Counted from the stretch's first letter, positions 25,383 through 38,682 are shown. The stretch is 57,470 nt of DNA from Octopus bimaculoides (GCF_001194135.2 NC_068982.1:141075661-141133130); one strand, 5' to 3'. The notes: generated by a model not told the origin, from the sequence alone. Numbers and translations are program-made.

Positions 25383-26109
25383 CTATTAGCAAATTCAGTG
25401 TAAGAAATGTCATGAGCTTATATACCTGTGCACGCGTGTGTGTGCGTGTGCGTGTGTGCGTGTATGTGTGTGTGTGTGTATGTGTGTGTTTGCGTGCGTG
25501 CGTGCGTGTGTGTGTGTGTGTATGTGTGTATTGAAATATTAATATTTCTAAGTCTCTCTAAAGGAGACTACGGCAGCGGTACTGGATATTAATAGTTATC
25601 GCCAAGCCAACATGGGAATGCTGCCGTTGATTAGCTCCAAGAGGCCATCCCCTCTAGCTACCTATGTGACACACAGGAACCTGTATCCATTATAACCTTC
25701 GAGCAGGGGAGGTAAGCCGCTTCCCCTTGCTGGTCTGGCATCTAGTTTTAGGGTGTTTGCCCCTTATCAATGTAGAGCAGCCTAACCCAGCAGGCGTCGC
25801 TACTGACCGTCTGGACGAAGGCTTATTTACCTATACATACATATATATATAATATTTCAACACACACACACACACACACACACATACAAACACACACACA
25901 CACACCCACACGCGCGCACAGTTATATACGCTCATGAAATTTCTTACACTGAATTTGCTAATATTCAGTACCGCTGTCGTAGTCTCCTTTAGAGAAACTT
26001 AGAAATATTAATATCTCTATTTCTGAAAACCAGTGGATGTATTCCACTCAAAATAACCTTCGGACAGACAGTCCGTAGCGACGGTTGCTGGGTCCGGCTG
26101 CTCTGCATT
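25383..26109. repeat. Composite repeat with inverted, permuted internal duplication
   Basis: Segments at 25383-25592 recur inverted at 25848-26012. Segment 25769-25827 recurs inverted at 26053-26109 (truncated by a gap). Confidence 0.8.
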
Positions 26110-26492
26110 NNNNNNNNNNNNNNNNNNNNNNNNNNNNNNNNNNNNNNNNNNNNNNNNNNNNNNNNNNNNNNNNNNNNNNNNNNNNNNNNNNNNNNNNNNN
26201 NNNNNNNNNNNNNNNNNNNNNNNNNNNNNNNNNNNNNNNNNNNNNNNNNNNNNNNNNNNNNNNNNNNNNNNNNNNNNNNNNNNNNNNNNNNNNNNNNNNN
26301 NNNNNNNNNNNNNNNNNNNNNNNNNNNNNNNNNNNNNNNNNNNNNNNNNNNNNNNNNNNNNNNNNNNNNNNNNNNNNNNNNNNNNNNNNNNNNNNNNNNN
26401 NNNNNNNNNNNNNNNNNNNNNNNNNNNNNNNNNNNNNNNNNNNNNNNNNNNNNNNNNNNNNNNNNNNNNNNNNNNNNNNNNNNNNNNNNNNN

Positions 26493-26524
<32 letters not shown>

Positions 26525-26639
26525 GTACATATATATATTCATATCCATGGATAGATAGATAGCCAGACAGATAGACGGATACACATACACACATACGCAC
26601 ACACACATACACTTATAGTTCCTTTGTGCTTGTTTTCTA

Positions 26640-26930
26640 TGAGTGTTTGCTTCCCGGGTTCACTGGCAATGTGTGCCACCTTTGGCAAGCGTCTTCTCGT
26701 ATCTCACCACCTCTATTGGAATTGAAAGAAGCCTGTTCTGCATATGTATTTTCTTATCTGTTTGAGTTTGTCACCTGCCACCACTATGCAACCAGTGTTG
26801 GATTGCTTACTATCCCATAACTTTATGATCAAGCAAAACAGCTCCAAAGAGAGAAATTAGTATTGGGGCTGACACCTTCAACTAAAAAAAATATTTGTAG
26901 TGGGGGGGGCCCAAGCAGGCAACAGTCGAA
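26640..26930 (+). mobile_element. Decayed SINE-A copy
   Basis: ttgcttcccgggttcactggc...ccacctttggcaagcgtcttct...gaaagaagcctg. Confidence 0.65.
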
Positions 26931-27184
26931 TGACAAACTAGTAAAAGGCACCTAAGTCTGTGCGTATGTGCATGAGCGCGTGTGTGTGTCCCCGACAGAA
27001 TTTCAACTGAAACAATAAAAATCCTTTTTAAAGTGGTACTTTAAAAGAATCAGTCAAAACATATATGTATACAAAGATGCAATATTTATTCCCACTTATG
27101 CTCTGTTAGAACAAACTTTCGTCTCGTTACTAATACGGTCTGTGTTTCCGATATTTATTTCTACAAATATATATATTTACGTGT

Positions 27185-27478
27185 GGATGCGCAATAAACC
27201 AGTGGTTATGCACAGCGGGCTCTTGGTCGTAGGATTGTGATTTCAATTCCCAGACATGGCGTTGTGAGTGTTGATTGAGCATAAATCTCCACAACGCTCC
27301 GGTTTCTTCCTGTTTCTGTTGTATCTGTATTTCAAATGGCCAGCCTTGTCCCACTCTGTGTCATGCTGAATTTCCCAGAGAACTACGTTAAGAGCACACG
27401 TCTGTGGAGTGCTCGGCCACTTGCACGTTAATTTCTCGAGCAGGCTGTTCCGTTGGTCGGATCAACTGGAACGGAGTA
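27185..27478 (+). mobile_element. SINE-C copy
   Basis: tRNA-like head and conserved body ttgcacgttaatttctcgagcaggctgttccgttg. Confidence 0.85.
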
Positions 27479-29324
27479 TTTGCGTATGTGTGTGCATGAG
27501 TGCGTGTGTGCATGTGTGCGTGTGTGTATGTGCGTGTATGTGTGATTAAGATATCTACTCGAATTATGATTGCGGACATTTATATTACGTATTTTATTTA
27601 GGAAGAATACATTTCTCTAAAAGATTTCAAATTTTGTAATTTTGCTGTATAGCCAGTGATTACAAACGCGTCATTGCATATATTTGTACATGAATATTGA
27701 TTTTTAAATATATATGAACTCTTGGAAATAATATTATTTGTAGTATAAACTAGTATCTTATTTATAAGCTTGTATAAAATATCAAATTAACTGCAGTTAC
27801 TACCACACGAATATAAATATTTCACTAGAAAACAGATTATCAACAAATGAACTATTTTATTGATTTTCCCATCTTTATTTACCAAGCTCCAACTGATCAC
27901 AAACACATCTAAAATTTAGTTTCAATTTTGTCAATGCAAATTTGATAAATAATGTTTGAAATTGTATTCTAAATACTTCGCTATCTAATACTTAGACACA
28001 TGAAACAAATGGTAATTGGCGATGCATGAGAGAACTACCTACAACAAAACGTACGCATGCGTCAGTAAATATTTATATATATATGTGTGTATGTGCATAT
28101 GTATGTGTATGTATATATATGTATGCGTGTATGTTTACATATGTATATATTTGTTAATAAATGGGGTGTATATCTATCTATCTATCTATCTATTTATCTA
28201 TGTATCTATCTATCTTTTTATCTCTGTATATTTTGCATATTATCATTAGAAATATAACTTATGAATTAGTGGATTAACAGTCTTTGTTTTATGCAAACCA
28301 CACAGTTCAATACGATACTAAAAACTTTAATGGAAATATTTCTGCATTGAATTGTCTGAATGATTGATTGTTTGTCGGCCTAAATAATTGATTGATTTAT
28401 ATCATGTTTGCGTCTCTGTAATATTCAAATCTTTTGTTTCATTTGGAAATTGAATAAATGATATAAATATTAAATCATACACATGGAAAAACTACATAAA
28501 AATACACAAATGAGAAATGATTTCGCTATTAAATCCGTTAATTAATACGAAATGCTGGCTTATGTAAGAACCCATTTTGTAATGGAAATACGTTTAACAT
28601 TTTCGAACACAGTGTAGCACAGTTATATATTCATAATGAAGATTGCATTCAACGTAGTTATATCTAGAGTCAGAATCTAAAGTTAAAATCGGTGTTCCAT
28701 TTAACTTTGAATATTAAATCAAGTTCATTTATTAAATCTAGTTCATTTGTACGCTGTCGTTCATCAGTTTTTACTGCATTGAATTAAATTGTTTTTCATT
28801 TTATATCTTTTATGGCACAAGTTAACTAAAATACGTCAAACCATTACGAACATTTTACGATAAAGTTAGATTAATTCCTATTTGTGCGAGTTACAATTAG
28901 TAGTTTCACATCGCTTATCAGTGGATTCAGTTTGATGCTTTCATACTTTTACATTGGGAGTTTTTTTGCGATATGACCGGCAGGTGTTGAAATTTAATCC
29001 GCATGATTATTTTACTTCTAATCTTTCCCGTCCATCGCAATCATTTCAACGAGCTATGGATATCCATTTCCAAAATGAATTTTGCAAATCATCTAATTTA
29101 GTTGTTTTTACCATGGGATTTATTAATGTTATTTGATGAATAAGATTTCCGTTTGAAACGAAGTTTTTGAACCACTGAAATTAAATACGCACTGTTAGTT
29201 TTCCCTTCGTTCAAAAGCAGCAACTAACACCCTTGATGTCCAACGTGATCAGGAAAACGTGAAAAAGATTGAAATATCTAAATTTACAATCTCTTCAGCA
29301 TAATCTTTACATTATGACAGTTAC

Positions 29325-29410
29325 CTGATATATGAGATATTGAATGTCTTGTTCCCCTTTGTTAATATTACATTGGCTTTTAAAAATATTGTTACGGACA
29401 TTAATTTTTA
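29325..29410 (-). CDS. Candidate internal exon, unidentified gene (phase 1 to 0; KINVRNNIFKSQCNINKGEQDIQYLIYQ)
   Basis: Acceptor ttattctaaaattccag| and strong donor CAG|gtaact; open across 86 nt. Confidence 0.35.
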
Positions 29411-30260
29411 CTGGAATTTTAGAATAACACGATATATTACGGTAATGTTGCTACGAAATGGTTCACTATGTATTAATCATAATTTTGCTTGGAATGTGTA
29501 AATGCCCTTTCGGACTCTCATGAATCTCCTGTTACGATTTTAACATAAAATCTATAATTTTTCATGTTTGTTTTGTATGTATATATAAATTGTTTGGTGG
29601 AAATTTCAATTCGGTTATTATATACATGTTACATATTCACAAACATATTTTGTAGATATACGTATGATAGAATTCTGAATACAAACATAATTGTATTCAA
29701 AAGCTTTTAGTTTAATCTCAGATACCCATTGAAATACTTTTACACATTTCATACAAGCATCGTTTTACAAATATATTTTATAATATATTCTAAGCATTAA
29801 TTGAGCGACAAAGAGGACTGCATAATTTCCGATAAATATATTGCACTCGTGATATAGATAATAGTTCTCTTGGGAGCTTACTTCTTTTGTTATATCTTCA
29901 TTGTAAACACAGCTACAGAACTAGAGTCCGCATCATGACACATTTGAGACTTAAACAGGCATTTATGAGAAAAAAGTATTCGTACACTTTCAAATATGCT
30001 TCTAGTCCAACAACAGACACAAATTTTAAAAATATATCTTGGTATAAAAATTTGAGGATTCGTATAAATACCTAATATAAATACGAAATGCTAACACTAG
30101 TTAAATGTAACAAATGTGACTGGACACACCAATAAAAATAACAATTTAAATACCTTCTGTTCAATTGAGTTAGTTTAGTTCTTCAGTGCGAGAAAATATA
30201 TGTGTGAGAGTGTGTATGTGAGTGTGTGCAAATGTGAATGTGTGTATATGTGTGTGTATG

Positions 30261-30830
30261 ATCGGCCTCCACTCACTGTGATCCTGCCAAAGTAATGACC
30301 GCCTTCCGCACCATGCCTCTCCATTAACAATATCATAAAGCATGGCCTAGACACTTCAGGCTTCCCTTCCCAGCTCGAGTCAACAGGTCTACAACGTGGA
30401 GACAGTAAAAAGCCGGACACTATGATAGTTTCCCGGTTTTATGGTGATAGGCTCCTCATCTGTGTCACCATCTGCTGTCACACTTCCAGCGGCAACTTGG
30501 TGCTTTTCAGCTACCAGCCCAGGTGCTACTGCTCGTCAGACGTAGAAAAGAAACCTGTTATCGATATGGGTCACTCTCCGATGGGTCAATGGTGTAATCA
30601 GTGGGAGTGGAGACCTCCTACCGTTCTTGGCCTCCGTACCGTATCCCAGCTTGTCACTGTCGGGGCTGTGATGGCTGTCCGCGAATGTGAACTCGTGATT
30701 GAGAGTGGTTGTTCTAAGGCATATGCATCGCCATACTTCGGGGCTGGCCTCTTCCATTTTGTCTGCTGGAGCTATGAGAAATGTTTCTACATTGTGTACT
30801 GAAGCAGAGGGATCTAACGCCTCTAAATAA
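30261..30830 (+). mobile_element. CRE-like (restriction-like endonuclease) non-LTR retrotransposon 3' relic
   Basis: Peptides GLHSL*SCQSNDRLPHHAS, NNIIKHGLDTSGFPSQLESTGLQRGDSKKPD (cf. LEP.GL.RGDGKRPDG), PVGVETS and IAILRG. Ends near aataaaataa. Frameshifted. Confidence 0.8.
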
Positions 30831-32680
30831 AATAACCAGCGGAAATAAAAGCATTGAAAGTCGACAGATAAATAAAAAAAACTGAGACACTTGAAATCAA
30901 ATGCACTTGTAGCAAGACATACGCACTAAATCGACTCATTTTTTCCTTCTTGAACATTAATGAATCTTTGAACAAAACAATTAAATTTCAAGGATTTTAT
31001 TGAGACTTGGCCAGAAATCTAATTAAAATATGTGCAAGGGAATAAATAATATTGAATGTGTTTCATGTGCTGTTATGGTCAATGTATGTCAAATTCGAGT
31101 GCTATACTATAACCGGAATTTTGCAATATATAAGACTTGGAAAGTTTGCCAAAAGGAAAACAATTTTATTGCTCAAAATGAGTAGCACAGCTGTTAGGAC
31201 CTATTGACTCATAATCTGAATTATGTAAGACCTTCCCTACAATAGCGTGAAAGTGGAAAAATTTCAACATTTGGAAATATAAATTCACGTGTTGAGTCAA
31301 TGATTCAAAGACTAGTAACTTTGAAAAATTGAATTACATTGAAAGAGTAGCCTCACTATGACATGGATCCATATTTTTATGGCTGTTGACAGTGACTCAT
31401 ACCCATAGATTCTGGAAACATGCCTATGCACTGGAGAAGCAGAAATAACGAATTACATCAGGCATTACATAAGTAGTTGGCAGATAGAGGTCTAGTTTTA
31501 AATTTGGGTGCAATAATCTTAATTCATTTGCAGCATAAATATACAGATTAAATATATTTTAGATCTTATCCGTCTGCGTATTTAAATCAGTGTTGTGGAA
31601 TGTGCGAAACCAGATTGCCGTCGGATCAAAATGTTACAGAGATGACAATCATCTGTCATTTATAGATGCATATTCTGATATTGTTCGAGGCAGATGAAAA
31701 TATATATATATATAATTATAGAATAATACATGATGCAATTTTACTGCAGGTATTGATGCAAACTATGAAACAGAAAAATGCCACTAGTTAAATCTGATGA
31801 GAACAAAATTAATTTAAAATAATTTAATTTAAAATGTTAATATCATGACAAAGATAAAGAAAGAGAGATAAGCGAGTTAGAATAAACACAGATTTTAAAA
31901 CCTGAAGTATTCAAAAACAAAAGATTTAGACACATTCAAGCGAAGAATGTTGGAGGGAATATTCAAAATGGATTGCATTAATATATAAAATAAAACGCGA
32001 TGCAAACTTCAGTAAGGTAATGTGCAACAATAACCTAACCTTGCCATGAATAACTTTATTATTCTAATATTCTTAGTATAAAATTAAGCAAGTTAGCAAC
32101 ACGAGATATGAAAACAACCAAAATTTCGACTGCATTTTTACCACTTATAGCATGAGATAATGCCAATTAGCTTAGAAAATTGTATGCACCGTTCATAGTA
32201 ATTGTGAAAGCAAATACAAATAACCACATATGAAATATCCCGCCTAGCAGAAAAAGAAATAGATAAATAGATAAAATAACGTGTAGGTAGAAAACGACTC
32301 TGTCAAATACTTTCTGGAGTAACTGATATTTATGAAACAAAAGGCTAAAAAACATTCAGTCATTTGTAAATAGAATAATAAAATGTCATAGATGAAAACA
32401 GCATACAAGGCTATAAGTGATAAGACTAATATACAAAAAAGTACTTAACGAAAGAAATTCTATAAAGCTGTCAAGTGCGAGTTGTAAATTGAAAACGAAT
32501 GTGTTTTCTGTCTTTCTTTTTCCTTTTGTCTTTTTGTGCAAAAATAATGTACCATCATCAATATGAAATACATCTAATGTATAAGAAAAGTAAACGAAAC
32601 CAGAGAAAATGTAACATTTGTGAGCAAGAAGAAATCATGTGGATTCTCAAAACAGAAACACACACAGACATACACGCGTG

Positions 32681-32732
<52 letters not shown>

Positions 32733-32790
32733 ATTATCTATCTGTTTTTTTGTGTGTCAGTATGTCTCTCTATCTGTCGATCTAGCTATT

Positions 32791-32948
32791 TGAGTGGCTG
32801 TGTGGTAAGTAGCTTGCCTACCAACCACATGGTTCCGGGTTCATTCCCATTGCGTGGCACCTTGGGTAAGTGCCTTCTACTATAGTCTCGGGCCGACCAA
32901 AGACTTGTGAGTGGATTTGGTAGACGGAAACCGAAAGAAGCTTGTCGT
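32791..32948 (+). mobile_element. SINE-A copy
   Basis: Closely matches 4344-4508; preceded by (TCTA)n and followed by (TA)(TG)n and a gap. Confidence 0.92.
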
Positions 32949-32957
32949 ATATATATG

Positions 32958-33006
<49 letters not shown>

Positions 33007-33614
33007 NNNNNNNNNNNNNNNNNNNNNNNNNNNNNNNNNNNNNNNNNNNNNNNNNNNNNNNNNNNNNNNNNNNNNNNNNNNNNNNNNNNNNNNNNNNNNN
33101 NNNNNNNNNNNNNNNNNNNNNNNNNNNNNNNNNNNNNNNNNNNNNNNNNNNNNNNNNNNNNNNNNNNNNNNNNNNNNNNNNNNNNNNNNNNNNNNNNNNN
33201 NNNNNNNNNNNNNNNNNNNNNNNNNNNNNNNNNNNNNNNNNNNNNNNNNNNNNNNNNNNNNNNNNNNNNNNNNNNNNNNNNNNNNNNNNNNNNNNNNNNN
33301 NNNNNNNNNNNNNNNNNNNNNNNNNNNNNNNNNNNNNNNNNNNNNNNNNNNNNNNNNNNNNNNNNNNNNNNNNNNNNNNNNNNNNNNNNNNNNNNNNNNN
33401 NNNNNNNNNNNNNNNNNNNNNNNNNNNNNNNNNNNNNNNNNNNNNNNNNNNNNNNNNNNNNNNNNNNNNNNNNNNNNNNNNNNNNNNNNNNNNNNNNNNN
33501 NNNNNNNNNNNNNNNNNNNNNNNNNNNNNNNNNNNNNNNNNNNNNNNNNNNNNNNNNNNNNNNATATATATATATATATATACACACATACACGTACATA
33601 AATATATGTGTGTC

Positions 33615-33671
<57 letters not shown>

Positions 33672-34465
33672 ATGGGTGTGTGTAAATGTAATAAATATTT
33701 AAGGAAACCGAAAGTGCTAACGCATGTAGCTGGTTGATCGAAGTTGTCGTTTGAGGTAGGCACTAGCATCCATGATTGTTTATCGGTTACTATGAATCGT
33801 TGATGCTAGGACGCCGCTTACAACTGCTTTAGAATGGCCTATAGATTTCGTTGAGTAAAATAAATATTAATCGCAATTGTTGTTCTTTTATATAAAAAAA
33901 TATATATGAGTGATGCCTGCCATTATACTTCTTCGCACCATATGAATATATATGTATAATCGTGTGTGTGTGTACGAGCCTATGTTTGCCTTTATTTATT
34001 TCTAAGTCTCTATGCGTATGCCTGTATATGTATGTGTGAGGGAGAGTCTTGGTGCTGTACGATATGAATTCAATGGTTCTATTGGTGAAAGATTGATTGT
34101 CTAAACATCTCTACGCATTCAATCTCTTATTAGACTTAGAAGCATGATAATAGCTAGATATTGCTTTCAAGAAGGCTTTCAAATGTCAAGGTCACAGCTG
34201 ACTGCACTTAATATATTGGCATTTCACAATCAATATCAACACCTTCTCCTGTCAAACATGTGTATTAAATTCACATCGTAATGATTTATCTATATTCGTC
34301 TTCATATATCATGCTTTTGTGCGTGTGTGTGTTTTTAACTTCTTGTCTGTGGACTGATTTTTTTTGTTGGTGTCTAAAATCAGACAAAGAAATTATATTT
34401 ATTTCTTTAATACTATTTTGCTTAACACATAGAGAAATACATACCGATAAACACGCAAAAAAAAC

Positions 34466-34511
<46 letters not shown>

Positions 34512-35114
34512 CCCGCTGGGAGATTCTGAATTTAATACTTATAGCGTTTTCACTTTGTCTCCAATTCAGTGCAGTTGTATATAAATGTTTTCCGTTTTAA
34601 ATGGTTCGTCACACAGATGTATGAAATGAACAGCAATACATTGTGGCTGTTGGATGATGGAATGTACAGTTTTCGCTCCAAAATATTATATTTGTACAAT
34701 CAAAAATTCATAATATATTGGATTTCTGTTCTCGTAAATGTTTGTCTAATACTATGTATGTATGTATGTATTCATGTATATATGCATATATTTGTATAAA
34801 GGAGAGATTAGACAAAGAAAGCGTGATAGAAAGAATGGTGGTGAGATAGAAAATCTGAATGTATATCAGGAGCGGTAATGCTTCATTTTATATTTTATGA
34901 ATGAAAATAGATTCTTTCCTGAACTATTCTATTTACGAAACTTTATAAGAACATAGTGTTTGGTCAACCATATAGTTACGCAATCACCAGCTTAAAATTC
35001 TTCGAATTGTGTCGGCATTTCCAACTTACAGGTCGATTACAAATACTTTAAGTTTCTATATTTAAGCAAGTAAATAAGTTTTTAAACAAATAATTGAATA
35101 ACGTAAGCAAATAA

Positions 35115-35335
35115 TGGCGTAGCTGTCTGATAAGAAGCTTGCTTGCCAGCTTCACTGTACCGGGCACAATGCCACTGCATGGCAACTTGGCCAAGTGTAT
35201 TTTACTATAAATTCGGGCCCACCAAAGCCTTGTCGGTGGATTTACTCATTAAAAGTTTAAAGTCCTGATCGATTCATTCTACTGGAATTTCTTCAAGGCA
35301 GTTCGACAGCTTCGCTGCAGTCAGGACCACGAAAC
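35115..35335 (+). mobile_element. Decayed SINE-A copy
   Basis: atggcgtagctgtctgataagaagcttgctt...ccactgcatggcaacttggccaagtg...ccaaagccttg. Confidence 0.7.
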
Positions 35336-35409
35336 ACCGCTAGCCATTTTCCCCCGGCGTGCTAATTATTTTGCCAGTTCATCGCCTAACACATTCCTCA
35401 TTAATATTC

Positions 35410-35535
35410 CTTTCAAATTGTAGCACAATGCCAGAAAATTCGACGGAAGGGTTTCGTCGATTACATCGACCCCAGTGCGCCCCTGGTACTCATTTATCGA
35501 ACACCAGTAGAATAAATGACAAAATCAACCTGGTG
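35410..35535 (-). mobile_element. Decayed SINE-B 3' part
   Basis: gtcgatttacatcgaccccagtgcg...ggtactcatttatcga. Confidence 0.65.
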
Positions 35536-35565
35536 ATACACACACACACGACACGCACGCACACA

Positions 35566-35596
<31 letters not shown>

Positions 35597-35627
35597 TCTT
35601 TTTCTTTAATATTTTACTCTCTCGCAG

Positions 35628-36665
35628 GCTTCAGTTAGGGACTGCCGCCATGCTAGAGCAAGGCTTTTCAGTGTTTTGTGGTCTACTTTCGCTACTGCTT
35701 TTGGTGAAGAAGTTAGAGGGAGCTGAACATCTTTGTACCGCTTGCCGTGATGTGGGCTCATCTGGGATTTCAGATAGGAATTTGTTGAGGCGCCTTTTGA
35801 ACGTTTTCACGTCTAGACGTTAGGTTCCTTGTCAGGATCCTAAATTCTGGTGTTCCCCCGAAAAAAGAAGAAACTGCATCTTTGGTAGTATGGAGTGACG
35901 TCCAGTCCGGTCGTTGGTATAGTGTTTAATTCGAAAGTTGGGAGACAGACCTTCCAAGATCTTCCTTATGTATATCACTGCATACCTTTCCCGCCTTTTA
36001 TCTACAACAACCGAAGAACTAGGAGAGGCTTCGCTCCTTGTAGCCTCTCCTAGTAGCTCTTCTGTTTCACCTAGTCAGTTTCATTTGTGTAGTGGGGCTG
36101 GATTGCCTCAAAGTCCGCCACCAATTTCACGCTTTCTGGTGACCACAGTTGGGACCAGTAATGCTGATGACTGAGGACAAATGTTCTGTATAGGAGTTAC
36201 AAGGTATCTTTATTTCAGGTTCTGAATGATCTAAGGATACATTCAGCTACTCGCCAGCACAATGTTGCTATCCTGGCAATATACACAAGGAATGTTGCAT
36301 CACTACTCATGTAGATTCCCAGGTCACGCGGTGATTCTAATCTCAGATTGCACTGATCCCTGGTCTCATGTATTCCGATTATGGTCTGTCTGAGTGTCGA
36401 TGGAGGAGTACCAGAAACTTATCAGCATTGAACTGTATGTTATTACGTTATTTTCTTCGGTCAAATCGTATATTGCATGCTGGTCATTTTGCAGTTCTAG
36501 TATATCATCAGCGGCCTTCGCAGACGGGGATACCCTTATATCATAAGCGTAGCTGGTGAGAGTGGGTGACTGTACTACTGAGGGAATGTCTGAAAGAGGC
36601 ACTACAAACAGTAGTGGTCGCAGTACAGTTCCCTGAGGAATTCCGGTGCGAAGTGATGTCTTACC

Positions 36666-36704
<39 letters not shown>

Positions 36705-36708
36705 GAGA

Positions 36709-36743
<35 letters not shown>

Positions 36744-38520
36744 TATCACTGGCTGCAACTACTTGACTTCTGTCCTTTAAAAAGTTGTGCAACCACTTAG
36801 CCAGATTTCCAGTGATACTAAGGTCACGTAGTTAGTGACATATCATCCCATGATCAACTTTGTCAAAGGCCTTCGCAAAGCCGAGATATATCACTTCCAC
36901 ATTTGAGTGGTTAAGCTGTTGTTTCAGTATCCAAACATAATGCTGTAGTAGCTGTGTGAGACATCTCCACTATGGGCGGTAACCATGTTCTGTGTTTGTG
37001 AGCAAGATATTCTCTTCGAGGAACTCGATCAGTCTCTTTCTCACTGCGTTCCATCAATGATCTTGCTAACGTGTGAAATCAGAGAAGTAGGTCTGTAACT
37101 TTTAGCATCTGCTCTGCTTTCTCCTTTACTCACAAGGCGCATAATACCCTCTTTAACAGTTTGGGAAGTTTTCCTCATGCAAGGAAACACTGAAAACGTA
37201 ATATTCCTCTTTTATGCTAATGTAATCGATGATTCCTTTTTTACAATGTAGGTCTGCAGTGTTGAAAAACACTTTAGGCTCGCCCACTTAACATTTTCCC
37301 AGTGGAGTGGGTGAAGACACTCTGGAAATACTTGTTTCGCACATTACATATCCACTTAGGTGTCTGCAACAAGTGAGCCGTCTTTTTCAACCTGTGGTCT
37401 TAGTTTTTAGTGCGCTGAGGCAAACTCTCGCGAATTTGTAGAAGGCCTTGGAATATATTTTTATATCCTCCACAGCTCTGGTTTCTCTTTCTGCACATTC
37501 CTTTTCATGGGGGAATCTGAGTTTATTTTGATCTCTAAAGTCTCTCTTCTAGGATGGGTTTCTCGCTGTCAATAAGTGACTTATTTAAGCGAGTAGAGAT
37601 CATTATTATCTGTCTCATAATGACTCTTGTTTTTGTATGTGATTACTCTCTTCTGAGGGAGAAATTGAATGCATATGGCTCTCATTATTGACATGCATTC
37701 AATAAGTTTCACATCCATGTCTCTCAGCGAGACACTTTAACCCAATTTTACTGGATAATCCGTTTTTCAATTGGCTTCCAGTCAGTCTTGTGGCAGTCCA
37801 GACTAGACAGACGGGTGCCGTCTGTGTGGAATGTATCACTAATTGGTTGTGGAACATACCTTGTCAGTTCTAACATGTGGTCTGAGAAGATTGTCAATGT
37901 TATATTCACGTTTTCAATAAGGCCTGCACTGGGGAAACAAGAGATCAATGCTATCATTCTTGGTTGAGGATTGTATTGTTTGCTACATGAACAGCATTTT
38001 TGTGAGGTCAAGTAGATAATTTGTTTCGTTACGTTCTTCGCATGACATCCCTGGATTTATGTGGCGTTCAGGCCATTTCATGTTCGGAAAGTTGAAGTCA
38101 CACTTCAGAAGTATATTAACACTTTGATCCAGTTTTGTTAGTTCTTCTTTTATCAAGGTAAGACATTCCTCAAATTTACTGTCATGATTTTAGGCTTCTG
38201 GTTGGCGACACATTGTACCTATTACCACATCATGTTGCATTTAATGTACTATAAGTGTGTCACAGACTGAGGTGGGTGTGACAACAGAGTTAGTTTTGTG
38301 AAATCTTCACGGATGTACAATGCAACTCCATGGTGACTTCTTCCCTTTCTGTCTGCACGGTACACAAGCTACATTCGTATGGATATTTCTGCGTCATTTA
38401 TATCAGCTAAGAGATGTTTCTCTGTAAGTACAATGCATATCGCTTGACTGCATGCAAAAACAGCCCTCCGGTATGCAGTTTTGGACTGCTGTTGCTTTGT
38501 TAGAGGTCCCTAATATTTAT
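35628..38520 (-). mobile_element. CR1-group LINE: near-complete but pseudogenised ORF2 (APE + RT) and 3' end
   Basis: APE CIVLTEKHL..DAEISI..YRADRKGRSHHGVALYIRED (about 38320-38440); RT GIPQGTVLRPLLF..SYAYDIRV; KRRERYAVIYIRKILEGLSPNF; terminal FKRRLNKFLSEIPDEP. Stops and frameshifts throughout. Confidence 0.9.
36667..36743. repeat. (GA)n microsatellite inside the LINE RT region
   Basis: Read directly; flanked on both sides by RT-coding sequence. Confidence 0.95.
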
Positions 38521-38682
38521 TAAAAGAAATTGTGTGATTGCCGGATTCGCAGCAATGGTGATCACCCTACGTCTGTTGTTTGTGGCTGCGTTTTATGTGG
38601 GATGTGGGTGTGTGTGGTTTAGATATGTTGTCAATTATGCCAGCTGCTGTATATTTTTTTGTGCTACACCTAAAACATTTTA

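Noticed and set aside
26053-26109. Twister ribozyme (GCCGGACCCAGC resembles GCCGGUCCCAAGC)
   Set aside because: The upstream UAAC cleavage element and downstream pseudoknot partner are absent, and the other copy lacks the motif.
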